Under the pieces are notes generated by a model. That model did no database searches and was not told the origin of the DNA. It saw nothing but the letters and a program-made list of their open reading frames with translations. Source: Candidatus Parcubacteria bacterium (GTDB lineage Bacteria > Patescibacteriota > Minisyncoccia > UBA6257 > HR35). From it: DNA of 64,000 bases. The stretch lies in NCBI GenBank assembly GCA_025999335.1, contig AP024681.1, positions 395,547 through 459,546 on the forward strand. Direction: 5' to 3'. This document shows positions 45,690 to 55,600 of the stretch, one piece after another. Within the stretch, counting starts at the first letter, position 1. Every line of letters begins with the position of its first letter. The position numbers were made by a program, and so were the translations under genes.

Positions 45690-46262
45690 ATGTCTAAAAT
45701 AGGCGAAAAACCAATTATTATTTTAGAAGGCGTGACGATTGATAAAGTGAATGATCAAGAAATTAAAATTAAAGGACCTAAAGGAGAGGTAAATTTTTCT
45801 TTACCGTCTAATTTTACTTTTGTTTTTGAGGATAAACAAATTAAAATTGTCCCTCATCTTAATATTGACAACAAAGATCAGTTAGATCGCAAAACAAAAG
45901 CTTTATGGGGAACGCTGCGATCGCTTCTAAATAATAAAATTATCGGTGTTAGTCAAGGATTTGAAAAAGTTTTAATATTAGAGGGATTAGGATATGGAGG
46001 CGAAATAAGAGATAATAAATTAGTCTTTAAAATAGGTTATTCTCATCCTGTAAGCATTGACATTCCTTCGGATGTTGAAGTATCTATTAAGCCAGAAAAG
46101 GGTAAAAGTTTGATTTATGTTCGTGGCATTGACAAAGAACGAGTTGGTTCTTTTGCGGCAAAGATTAAATCATTGAAGAAAGCTGATCGTTATCATCAAA
46201 AAGGTTTTAGGTATATTGATGAGATCATTAAATTAAAGCCTGTTAAAAAAGCAACAAAATAA
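45690..46262 (+). CDS. rplF: 50S ribosomal protein L6
   Basis: MSKIGEKPI, KGPKG, GTLRSL, GYSHP, GIDKE. Confidence 0.97.
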   Translation: MSKIGEKPIIILEGVTIDKVNDQEIKIKGPKGEVNFSLPSNFTFVFEDKQIKIVPHLNIDNKDQLDRKTKALWGTLRSLLNNKIIGVSQGFEKVLILEGLGYGGEIRDNKLVFKIGYSHPVSIDIPSDVEVSIKPEKGKSLIYVRGIDKERVGSFAAKIKSLKKADRYHQKGFRYIDEIIKLKPVKKATK

Positions 46263-46276
46263 AATTATTATAAAAA

Positions 46277-46615
46277 ATGGATAAAGCTAAAAGATTACAA
46301 AGAAAAAGAAGAATAAGACAAAAGATTAAAGGTACAGCAGAAAGACCACGTTTGAGCGTTTTTCGTTCTAATAGAAATATTTATGTGCAAGCAATTGATG
46401 ATGATAAAGGCATTACCTTGGCTGCTGTTAATAGTTTAACTTTTAAAGAAAAATTAACCAATAAACAAAAAGTGGAGAAAGTTGCTGAAGAGTTTGCTAA
46501 AAAGATTTTAAGTAAAGGTATAAAGACAGTTGTTTTTGATAGAAATGGCTTTGCTTATTCCGGTCGTATTAAATTATTAGCTGAACTTTTAAGAAAACAA
46601 GGATTAATATTTTAG
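46277..46615 (+). CDS. rplR: 50S ribosomal protein L18
   Basis: GTAERPRLSVFRSN, QAIDD, VVFDRNG, GRIK. Confidence 0.97.
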   Translation: MDKAKRLQRKRRIRQKIKGTAERPRLSVFRSNRNIYVQAIDDDKGITLAAVNSLTFKEKLTNKQKVEKVAEEFAKKILSKGIKTVVFDRNGFAYSGRIKLLAELLRKQGLIF

Positions 46616-46617
46616 AT

Positions 46618-47142
46618 ATGACTAAAACTGATAGCGAACAAAAAATTGATTATAAAGTAGTAGAAATAAGAAGAGTAGCAAAGGTTACTGAAGGTGGCAA
46701 GCGTTTAAAAATTAGAGCTGTAGTGGTTGTTGGCAATCATCAAGGACGAGTGGGAATTGGCATTGCCAAGGGTGACGATTTTAGCGATGCAGTTAGTAAG
46801 GCTAAAAAAGCTGCTGAAAAAAATATGATTTCTGTGCCAATCATTAATGGAACAGTCCCTTATTCTGTAAAAGCTAAAATAGGCGCAGCCGAGATATTGA
46901 TTAAACCAGCCAAAAGTGGTAAAGGATTAGTTGCTGGTAGCGCTGCAAGAAATGTTTTAGCTTTGGCAGGCTATAAAGATGTTAGCGCTAAAATTTTAGG
47001 TGTTACTAAAAATGTTTTATTAAATACTTTTGTTACTTTAAAAGCCTTAAGTCAATATCAAGATTATGACAAGAAAAAATATATTAAGGAATTATTAAAA
47101 GGTAAAAAATTAGTAAGTCAAAGTGAATCCGTTGATAAGTAA
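46618..47142 (+). CDS. rpsE: 30S ribosomal protein S5
   Basis: RRVAKVTEGGKR, VVGN..GRVGIG, PAKSGKGLVAG. Confidence 0.97.
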   Translation: MTKTDSEQKIDYKVVEIRRVAKVTEGGKRLKIRAVVVVGNHQGRVGIGIAKGDDFSDAVSKAKKAAEKNMISVPIINGTVPYSVKAKIGAAEILIKPAKSGKGLVAGSAARNVLALAGYKDVSAKILGVTKNVLLNTFVTLKALSQYQDYDKKKYIKELLKGKKLVSQSESVDK

Positions 47143-47162
47143 TTTTTATTCAATTTCGAACA

Positions 47163-47594
47163 ATGCAGCTTCATCAAATAAAATTTAGTTTAAGAAAAAG
47201 AAAAAGAGTAGGACGAGGCGGTAAAAAAGGTAATTATTCTGGTAGAGGTTTGAAGGGACAAAAGTCAAGAGCTGGTCGACGTATTCGTCCAGCGGTTAGA
47301 GATATTATTTTAAAATTACCCAAACGTAAAGGTTTTAAAAATATTAAAATTAAAAGAAAAATTTTTGTTATTAATTTAGACAATATTGATAAAAAATTTA
47401 ATGCCAACGAGATTGTTAGCCTTAAAACATTAGTTGCGAAAAAATTACTTACAATACCTAAAAGCGTAAAAAGTTTTAAGGTTAAAATTTTAGGCAGAGG
47501 CAATTTAACAAAATCATTATTATTTAAACCGGAATTTATTTTTTCTGACCGAGCTCTTAATAAAATTGAAGATTCGGGCAGCAAAATCGAATGA
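47163..47594 (+). CDS. rplO: 50S ribosomal protein L15
   Basis: KRVGRGG, SGRGLKGQKSRAG, LPKRKGF, VKILGRG. Confidence 0.96.
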   Translation: MQLHQIKFSLRKRKRVGRGGKKGNYSGRGLKGQKSRAGRRIRPAVRDIILKLPKRKGFKNIKIKRKIFVINLDNIDKKFNANEIVSLKTLVAKKLLTIPKSVKSFKVKILGRGNLTKSLLFKPEFIFSDRALNKIEDSGSKIE

Positions 47595-48874
47595 ACATTG
47601 TCAATCTTTTAAAACAATTATTGTTTTATCATGATTTACGACGTCGAGTTGTTATTGTTTTGCTTTTATTGTTATTTTTTAGATTATTAGCAAATATACC
47701 GTTACCGGATATCGACCGTCAGTCTATAAGTAATTTTTTTACAGGTAAAAGTTTTTTAGGACTTTTTGATTTATTCGCTGGTGGTGCATTGTCAAATTTT
47801 TCTTTAGTAATGCTTGGTTTAGGTCCTTATATTACAGCAACGATTATTTTACAGATTTTGACATTTGTTTATCCAAGATTAAAAGAAATGTATTATGAAG
47901 AAGGTGAAATTGGTAGGGCTAAATTTATGCAATATGCAAGGATTATAACTATTCCTTTAGCCTTTTTACAAGCTCTGGGATGGATAAATTTTTTGATTGC
48001 TAACAATATTGTGCCTTTTAATGGTTATATCAATTTGGTTAAAGATGCTTTATTAGTTACCGTGGGAACAATGATTTTAATGTGGATAGGTGAATTGATT
48101 ACTGAACAAAAATTGGGCAATGGCATTTCGTTGATTATTTTTTCAGGTATTGTTTCACATATGCCGCAAGTTATTTATAAAGCGTATTTAGATATATCTA
48201 ACTTTAATGTAGTTATTATTCAAAGTTATTTATTATTTTTAGCATTAGCTTTGTTAGTAATCGTAGGTATTATTTTTATTAATGAAGCTGAAAGAAGAGT
48301 GCCGCTCACTTTTGCTAAAAGAGTTAGAGGTAATCGCATTTATGGCGGTGCTAACACTTATTTGCCTATACGTTTGTCGCAAGCTGGTGTTATTCCAATT
48401 ATTTTTGCTATCGCTGTTTTATTATTTCCTCAGACTATATTTCAGTTATTAGCTAAAAGCAATTGGGGATTTGTTAGCGCTATTTTAAGCAGCATTAATA
48501 GTTTTTTGAGTAATCAATTATTTTTTGGTTTTCTTTATTTTATTTTAGTTTTTGTTTTTACTTATTTTTATACCTCAGTAGCTTTTAATCCTGATGAAAT
48601 TGCTAAGAATTTGCAAAATAACGGTGCTTTTATACCCGGCGTACGTCCTGGCAAAGAAACTCAAAAATACTTTAAAGATACTGTTTTTCGTTTAACATTT
48701 TTTGGCGGTTTGTTTTTAGGTTTTATTGCTGTTTTGCCTTATATTTTTCAATATATTACCGGTGTTCAATATTTATCTATTGGTGGAACTTCTATTTTAA
48801 TTATTGTTTCTGTTGCTATCGAAACGGTTAAACAAATAAGATCGGAAATTAGCTTACGGCGTTATGAAACATAA
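47591..48874 (+). CDS. secY: Preprotein translocase SecY
   Basis: LGLGPYITATII, WIGELITE..LGNGISLIIF, AGVIPIIFA, FIPGVRPG, GGTSILIIV. Confidence 0.98.
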   Translation: MNIVNLLKQLLFYHDLRRRVVIVLLLLLFFRLLANIPLPDIDRQSISNFFTGKSFLGLFDLFAGGALSNFSLVMLGLGPYITATIILQILTFVYPRLKEMYYEEGEIGRAKFMQYARIITIPLAFLQALGWINFLIANNIVPFNGYINLVKDALLVTVGTMILMWIGELITEQKLGNGISLIIFSGIVSHMPQVIYKAYLDISNFNVVIIQSYLLFLALALLVIVGIIFINEAERRVPLTFAKRVRGNRIYGGANTYLPIRLSQAGVIPIIFAIAVLLFPQTIFQLLAKSNWGFVSAILSSINSFLSNQLFFGFLYFILVFVFTYFYTSVAFNPDEIAKNLQNNGAFIPGVRPGKETQKYFKDTVFRLTFFGGLFLGFIAVLPYIFQYITGVQYLSIGGTSILIIVSVAIETVKQIRSEISLRRYET

Positions 48875-49481
48875 ACATTTTTTTAAAAATATAGTTTTTT
48901 TTATAGGACCACCAGCTTCAGGCAAAGATACTCAAGCAGAAATTTTAGCCAAAGAACTTAACGGCAAATTGCTAACAACAAGTTCTCTATTAAGAGATTT
49001 TTTTTCTCAGAATAAGAAAAAATTTCTTTATTTTAACAATAAAAAAATTGACCTTCGCCGGGAGGAACGAAAGATGCTTAACGGTAAGTTAGTTAATTCT
49101 AATTTAGTACTTTATGTTTTGTTGAATAGCATTCTAAACTTAACTAAAAAATATAATTTATTATTATTTGCTGGTTCGCCACGTACTTTAAAAGAAGCAA
49201 AACAAGAGCTTACATTTTTTAATACTCATAATATTAATTTCCTGACTATTTTTTTAGATATTGACGAGAAAGAAATAATAAAACGTGCTTTAAAAAGAGC
49301 TCGAATTGACGATAAGAAAGCAATTGTTTTAAAAAGAATTAACTTTTACAAAAGAAATACTTTGCCAGCTATTAAATTTTTAGCTAAACATAAGGTGCTT
49401 TTATCAATTAATGGTAAAGGTTCAATTTTGCAAGTACATAAACGAATTTTACGCGCTTTAACAAATTGTTTGCATATTTAA
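48864..49481 (+). CDS. adk: Adenylate kinase-family NMP kinase (short LID), divergent
   Basis: GPPASGKDTQ P-loop, GKLV, AGSPRT (for DGFPR), RIDD; follows secY. Confidence 0.8.
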   Translation: MKHKHFFKNIVFFIGPPASGKDTQAEILAKELNGKLLTTSSLLRDFFSQNKKKFLYFNNKKIDLRREERKMLNGKLVNSNLVLYVLLNSILNLTKKYNLLLFAGSPRTLKEAKQELTFFNTHNINFLTIFLDIDEKEIIKRALKRARIDDKKAIVLKRINFYKRNTLPAIKFLAKHKVLLSINGKGSILQVHKRILRALTNCLHI

Positions 49482-49520
49482 TTTTTTATTAATTTTTATT
49501 TTGCTTGATATAATATTTAT

Positions 49521-49607
49521 GGAGGGGTGCGAGAACGGCTAATCGGGCGGTCTTGAAAACCGCTGGCTTTTACAGCCTTGTGGGTTCGAATCCCACCCCC
49601 TCCGCCA
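49521..49607 (+). tRNA. tRNA-Ser(UGA), CCA encoded
   Basis: GGAGGGG/CCCCTCC acceptor, GCGGT-CTTGAAA-ACCGC anticodon arm, long variable arm, GTTCGAATC, GCCA end. Confidence 0.96.
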
Positions 49608-49700
49608 GTTTACAATTTCAGCGTTTTTGAATATTTTTTGTTTTGTTGTTTTTGTTGGTTGTTAATGATTTAGGTGTCTTGGTAAAAGTAATAAATTATA

Positions 49701-49836
49701 ATGAAATCAAGTAATAAATTAACAATTGTTGAAAATATAAAGAAATATCGGTTAAAAGTTAGGAGTTTCTCAAAACAAGCTTTCAAAATTAACTGACATT
49801 ACTTATGACGCGATTATCAAGATTGAATTAGAATAA
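49701..49836 (+). pseudogene. Frameshifted XRE-family helix-turn-helix regulator
   Basis: MKSSNKLTIVENIKKYRLK, then +1 frame LGVSQNKLSKLTDITYDAIIKIE, then stop. Confidence 0.7.
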
Positions 49837-49920
49837 ATAAAAATCTTAAAACCAAAAGTTAAATTTTTAATTTAATCAATATTATTGTTAAATTATTCAA
49901 TTTGACTTGAATAGATAATT

Positions 49921-50339
49921 ATGACTGAAGATTTTTTGAAAAATTTAATCAAAGAATATAAACACTTGACTATTTATGTTTATCCCAATCATGGTTATCT
50001 TGGAGGTTGCGTTATGCGGTGCAAACGCGAAGATGCTTTTGATTTGATAAATACAACGCCGGAGGAATAAATAGGGCTACTTTTTGTTTTGTGATATTTG
50101 AAAGAGGCAATAAAAAAAGCTTTTTAACAAGATTGGCTTAATTATTAGTTTTTGATAAATGAAACAAGAGACGTTTGCGCTGTCATTTTGTTACTCGCTA
50201 CGTAAAACTAAAAACATTTATTAATATTGTATTTGAAGATAAACTCTATGGACATAATCATAAAAAAGGTAATAGTTTCGTAACATCAGAAGAATTACTA
50301 AAGGCGATTCGAGAAGAATTAAAAAAGGCATTAAAATAA
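49921..50339 (+). pseudogene. Degraded HIT-family protein
   Basis: MTEDFLKNLIKEYKH..NHGYLGGCVMRCKREDAFDL...EE*; further in-frame stops and a frameshift; decayed HxHxH (RLRCHFVTRY), FEDKLYGHN. Confidence 0.65.
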
Positions 50340-50561
50340 TTTTAAAAACGGCTCATTCGTGAAGCGGGTATGGCGAGTAGGGAAAAATTTACCAATTGTT
50401 TGCTTGCGAGTTGATTACGATATTAGAGTAAATTCGTTGTTTGATAAGTTTTAAAGCGTGTTTGAGTTAAAACAACTTGGAAAAATTATGTTATTTGATC
50501 ATAATTATATAATAATGAGTATAATAATGAGTATATTAAACAAAAAATTATTATAAAACAT

Positions 50562-51257
50562 ATGAGCTCTGAAAATCCGATTAAATCTAAGGAAGTGTTC
50601 TCGAAAATAAGAATTGAAATTGATCCAGATTTTAATGGTTTTGTTCCAGACGAGTTTATGCAAAATCCTATAGAATATTTTGAAAAGATGGGACGGAATA
50701 TAAAATCAGGAGAAATTAAACGAGATAAATTTGGTAGAATACGCGAAGATCCAACTGCTGTTAAAGAATTTCCAGTTTGGCGAGATGCAAAAGGAGACGA
50801 ATTACAAACAATTGCTAAGAGAGTAAATATAAAAAAAGGGAAAATTGGAGAATCTGGTAATCCATTTTATGAATATGAAATTATGAAAATTGTAAGAAGC
50901 ATTAGCTTGCCTGCTCCGCGTCCTGTTGCGAAAGTTGAACAGCAGGGAGTATATTTGATTGTAATGGAGAAAGTGCCTGGGATTAATTGGCACGAAAACA
51001 ACGAACTTGAACTAAAAGAAAAAGGTTTCAGCGATGAAGATATCGAAAATCTTAAAAGGCAGGCGGAAATAATGATGGTTGAATTACAACAAAGATTTGA
51101 AGAAGCTGGAATTATTCGTGGTTGGAAATTAAAAGATATGATTTTTGATATTGATTTTGAAAATAAAAAAATTAGAAAAATTATACCTACTGATTGGGAA
51201 AGAACAAAAATTAACATAAAGAAACTAGAAGAGTATAGAAAGAGAATTCAGGGATAG
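50562..51257 (+). CDS. Protein-kinase-like fold protein (Kdo/RIO/APH-like), atypical catalytic loop
   Basis: IAKR, YEYEIM, LPAPRPVA, LIVMEKVPG, RGWKLKDMIF, PTDWE. Confidence 0.55.
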   Translation: MSSENPIKSKEVFSKIRIEIDPDFNGFVPDEFMQNPIEYFEKMGRNIKSGEIKRDKFGRIREDPTAVKEFPVWRDAKGDELQTIAKRVNIKKGKIGESGNPFYEYEIMKIVRSISLPAPRPVAKVEQQGVYLIVMEKVPGINWHENNELELKEKGFSDEDIENLKRQAEIMMVELQQRFEEAGIIRGWKLKDMIFDIDFENKKIRKIIPTDWERTKINIKKLEEYRKRIQG

Positions 51258-51481
51258 AAATGTATTTATAAGTTAAATAGGGTTAAATAATTCTTAAATT
51301 TTTATTAGAAAACTTAAGAATTGTTTTTTTATATTCAAAACTTTATTTTATTTTTTGAATTTATATTGCTCCTTAGATAAAGAATTAGTTGTTTGTTGGT
51401 TAAGATTAAAAAGAAAATTTAACCTTTTATTCTTATTTTGTAAATTTGGGTTTTTGAATTTTGGTTAATATTTTAATATCA

Positions 51482-52462
51482 TTAGCTCCAATGTGATTTG
51501 ATATACGATGTAATTTCGCTAACTTTTAAGGGTACAGTTGTATTATTGATTCTAACAAAAAATAATTCTTCGTTATCAAATTTTACATATACCGGTTTAT
51601 CACTTGGAAAAACTTTAATAATAGCTATTTCCTTATCTTCAATTTTTTGAAAAAAAATTTTGACATATTTATGATATTGAATGCCGATATAATGTTTAAA
51701 GATGTTGAGAAAATGATTTTGAAAACTGTCGCTGTTTTTTTTAGGTAATGTTTGATAGTCGGCATCTAGACCAGTTACTCTTTGTTCATCGTCAACGCCA
51801 ATAATTAAAAATCCTCCTTGGCTATTTAAAAAACCAGCGATAGTTTTGATAATTGCTTTTTCTAAATTTTTATTTACCTTGCCTTCTTTAAAATCCCATC
51901 GCATAGATTGTTTAAATTCAATATTTTCACTTTCTTTGCGTTGTAAAATGCTTGCTAAACTTTCGCCTTGGTAAAGTTCATTGATGTATTTTCTTTTAAT
52001 GTTGTTAATAATTATTTTTTTTATTTGTTTTGGATTATAAATATTGTCTAAGATTAAAGTTTGATTATCTTGGGAATTGTAAATAATAATATTGCCAACA
52101 TTAAAAAATTTGTCAAGGGGAGTATGAGATAATTTGACTTCTATTTTTTCATTAAGATATATTATTTGTCTTTTTTTGGCAATAAAATTTTTTTCATAAA
52201 TAATAACATCGGGATAAATAGTTATAGTTTCCAAATGCCATTTTATAAAAGCAGCGACGATTAAGATTATTTCCGCTAAGACTATAAATAATAATTTAGC
52301 TAATTCGTATGAGATTATTTGAGTTAAATTAAGAGCTTTATATATTTCTCCATAATTTGCTAAAATTGCAGCTATAAAATATAAAAAACTGCCTAAAAAT
52401 TGAATAATAATTAGGTTTTTGATAATTACAATAGGATGTTTTTTTATAACTATATTTTTCAT
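51482..52462 (-). CDS. Membrane protein with bacterial PH (bPH_2) domain fused to AlbA_2/Schlafen domain
   Basis: Two TMs; DKFFNVGNIII..LDNIYNP (bPH_2-like); ESENIEFKQS, IAGFLNSQGGFLIIGVDD, FFVRINNTT. Confidence 0.8.
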   Translation of the reverse strand: MKNIVIKKHPIVIIKNLIIIQFLGSFLYFIAAILANYGEIYKALNLTQIISYELAKLLFIVLAEIILIVAAFIKWHLETITIYPDVIIYEKNFIAKKRQIIYLNEKIEVKLSHTPLDKFFNVGNIIIYNSQDNQTLILDNIYNPKQIKKIIINNIKRKYINELYQGESLASILQRKESENIEFKQSMRWDFKEGKVNKNLEKAIIKTIAGFLNSQGGFLIIGVDDEQRVTGLDADYQTLPKKNSDSFQNHFLNIFKHYIGIQYHKYVKIFFQKIEDKEIAIIKVFPSDKPVYVKFDNEELFFVRINNTTVPLKVSEITSYIKSHWS

Positions 52463-52514
52463 ATAGTTTTATATTAAGATTATGTATTTTGTATACTTAT
52501 TATACGATAAAGAC

Positions 52515-52543
52515 TTGACAAAAAAATAATTATTTGTTATACT
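52515..52543 (+). promoter_or_regulatory. rpoBC promoter
   Basis: TTGACA 52515-52520, 17-nt spacer, TGtTATACT ending 52543. Confidence 0.75.
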
Positions 52544-52616
52544 TTTATTATATTTAAATGTTAATTTAGCCCTTTTTTCTTTTTTTATAAAGAAAGCCCT
52601 TTTCGGCTTTTATTTA

Positions 52617-55600
52617 ATGTTTGCGTCAAAAAACTTTTCCAAATTTAAGTATTTAGAAATTAATGATTTGTTAAAAGATATTAAGGAATCTTTTAATAAT
52701 TTTCTGTTTTTAAAATTTGAAAATATTATTAAAGAATATTTTCCTATTTATGATTATTCTGAAAAGGAATTGAGATTAGATTTTAAAGGTTTGGAGTTAG
52801 GTTCACCAAAAATAACTGAAGATGAAGCTAAATACTATGGCATAAATTTTGATATCCCTTTACGTTTTAATTTTGTTTTGCATAATCTTGTTACTGGCGA
52901 TGCTAAAGAGCAAAAGATATTTTTTGGCGACATTCCTGCAATGACTAAAAGCGGTACTTTTATTATTAATGGCATTGAAAGAATTATCGTTAATCAATTA
53001 TTAAGATCTCCGGGCATTTATTTCTCTTATCTTATGTATGGTGATGCTAAAAAATTTGGTGCTAAAGTTATGCCTCATCAAGGAGCGTGGCTTGAATTTC
53101 AAACTGAAGCAACCGATATTATTCAAGTAAGAATTGATCGTCATAAAAAAGTTCCGGTGACTATTTTATTAAAAGCTTTTGGCTTTGAAAGCAATGACGA
53201 GATTTTAAATTTTTTTGGTAATGATAATTTTATCGTTAATACTTTGAAAAAAGATAATACTTTAAATAGAGAAGAAGCTTTATTAGAAATTCATCGTAAA
53301 TTAAAACCTTTTGAACCTAATACCTACGACAACGCTCTTTTTTATTTTGAAAATACATTTTTAAATCCAGCTCGTTATAATCTTTCTCCTATAGGGAGAT
53401 ATCATGTTAATAGACGTTTGAACAATGATTCGCAGTCTCCTTGTTTAGAACGTCGCGATATTGAGTTAATTATTAAAGAAATTATTCGTTTAAACAATGA
53501 TCAAAATGCTGAAAGAGATGATATTGATGCTTTGTATAATCGAAGAGTGCGTGATGTTGCTGAATTGTTAGAAAATCAAACGCGAATTGGTTTATTAAGA
53601 TTAAAAAAAGATATTCAAGACAGAATGAGTGCTGTTGATAAATCTCAAGCTTTATTGCCTTCACAGGTTGTTTATCCAAGAAAATTTATTAATTCTATAA
53701 TTGAATTTTTTAATATCTCGCCATTGTCACAGATTTTAGATCAAGTTAATCCTTTGTCAAGCATAGAACATAAAAGAAAATTAACCGGTGGTGGTCCTGG
53801 CGGATTAACCAAAGAAAGAGCTACTTTAGAAGCAAGAGATGTTCATCCTTCTCATTATGGTAGAATATGTCCAATTCAAACTCCTGCTGAAGGACAAAGC
53901 GTTGGTATTAGTTTAAGTCGTGCTTTATATGCAAGAAGAAACGAGTACGGTTTTTTGGAAACTCCTTATTATAAAGTTGTTAATGGCAAAATTAGCAATG
54001 AAATTGTTTGGCTTACAGCTGATCAAGAAGCTAAAGAAATTATTGCCTCACGATTTGTTAATATAGACAACAAAGGAAATATTTTAGACGAAGAAGTTGA
54101 GGCAAGAGTATACGGAGAGCCAAGACTTGTTTCTAAAGATGAAGTTACCTTAATAGATGTTTCTCCTTTTCAAATCTTTTCATTAGCAACTTCTTTAATT
54201 CCTTTTGTTGAACATGATGATGCTAACAGAGCCCAGATGGGTTCTAAAATGCAAAATCAAGCAGTTACTTTGGTTAAGCCTGATATTCCTTTAGTATCTA
54301 CAGGTTTAGAAGAAAAAACAGCAAGAGAATCTGGATTAGTTATCATTGCTGAACACGACGGGGAAGTAGTTTATGTTGATGCTGATTGCATTATTTTAAA
54401 ATGCAAAACTAGCAAAGGTTATGAAAAGGTTGTTTATAATTTACGCAAGTTTCAAAGAACTTCAGCTTTTACTTGCTATAATCAAAAACCAATTGTTCGC
54501 TTAGGTCAAAAAGTGAAGAAAGGAGATGTTTTAACCGATGGTCCTGCAATTAAAAACGGCACTTTAGCATTAGGACAAAATGTGTTGATGGCATTTTTAC
54601 CGTGGCATGGTTATAATTATGAAGATGCTATTATTGTTTCGGAAAGATTGTTAAAAGACGATCTTTTTTCTTCTATTTATTTAGAAGAGTTTTCGGTTGA
54701 TGTTTTAGACACAAGATTAGGACCAGAAATTACAACTTATGATATTCCTGAAGTGCCTGAAAATAAATTAAGAAATTTAGATATTGATGGTTATATTCAA
54801 GTTGGTACTTATGTTAAACCGGGCGATATTCTTGTTGGTAAAATAACGCCAAAAAGAGAAGTAGAAATCACTCCTGAAGAAAAATTATTAAAAGCTATTT
54901 TTGGAGAAAAAGCGGAAGAGAAAAAAGATTCGTCTTTATATTTAGAACCTGGCAAAGAAGGAAGAGTGATTAAGGTTAAGGTTTTGAATCGTAGTAAGGG
55001 CGAAATTACTGAGCCAGGAGTTTTGAAAAGAGTTTTTGTTGAAATAGCTAAATTGCGCAAAATTCAAATCGGCGATAAATTAGCTAATCGACATGGTAAT
55101 AAGGGTGTTATTTCGGTGATTTTGAAAGAGGAAGATATGCCATTTTTGCCTGATGGTCGACGTTTAGATATAGTTCTTAATACTACAGGTATTATTTCAA
55201 GAATGAATATAGGACAGATTTTAGAAGCGCATTTAGGTTTAGCTGCCCATAAGTTACAATATAGAGCTATTGTTCCTCCTTTCTCTGGTTTTACGGCTGA
55301 TGAGGTAAAAGCAGAATTAAGGAAAGCAAACTTACCCGAAGATGGTAAAACAATTTTATACGATGGTTTAACTGGTGAACCTTTTAATCAAAGAGTTACT
55401 GTAGGTTATATGACTATTATGAAATTAGTACATATGGTTGAAGATAAAATTCATGCGCGTTCTATTGGTCCTTATTCTTTAATTACTCAACAACCTCTTG
55501 GTGGTAGAGCGCAATTTGGTGGGCAAAGATTAGGAGAAATGGAAATGTGGGCTTTAGCAGCTCATGGCGCTACAGAAATTTTACAAGAAATGCTTACTAT

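Noticed and set aside
52570-52615. Attenuator hairpin in rpoB leader (AAAGCC-cttttc-GGCTTT)
   Set aside because: Short, weak stem with a poor U tract; cannot be supported without transcript data
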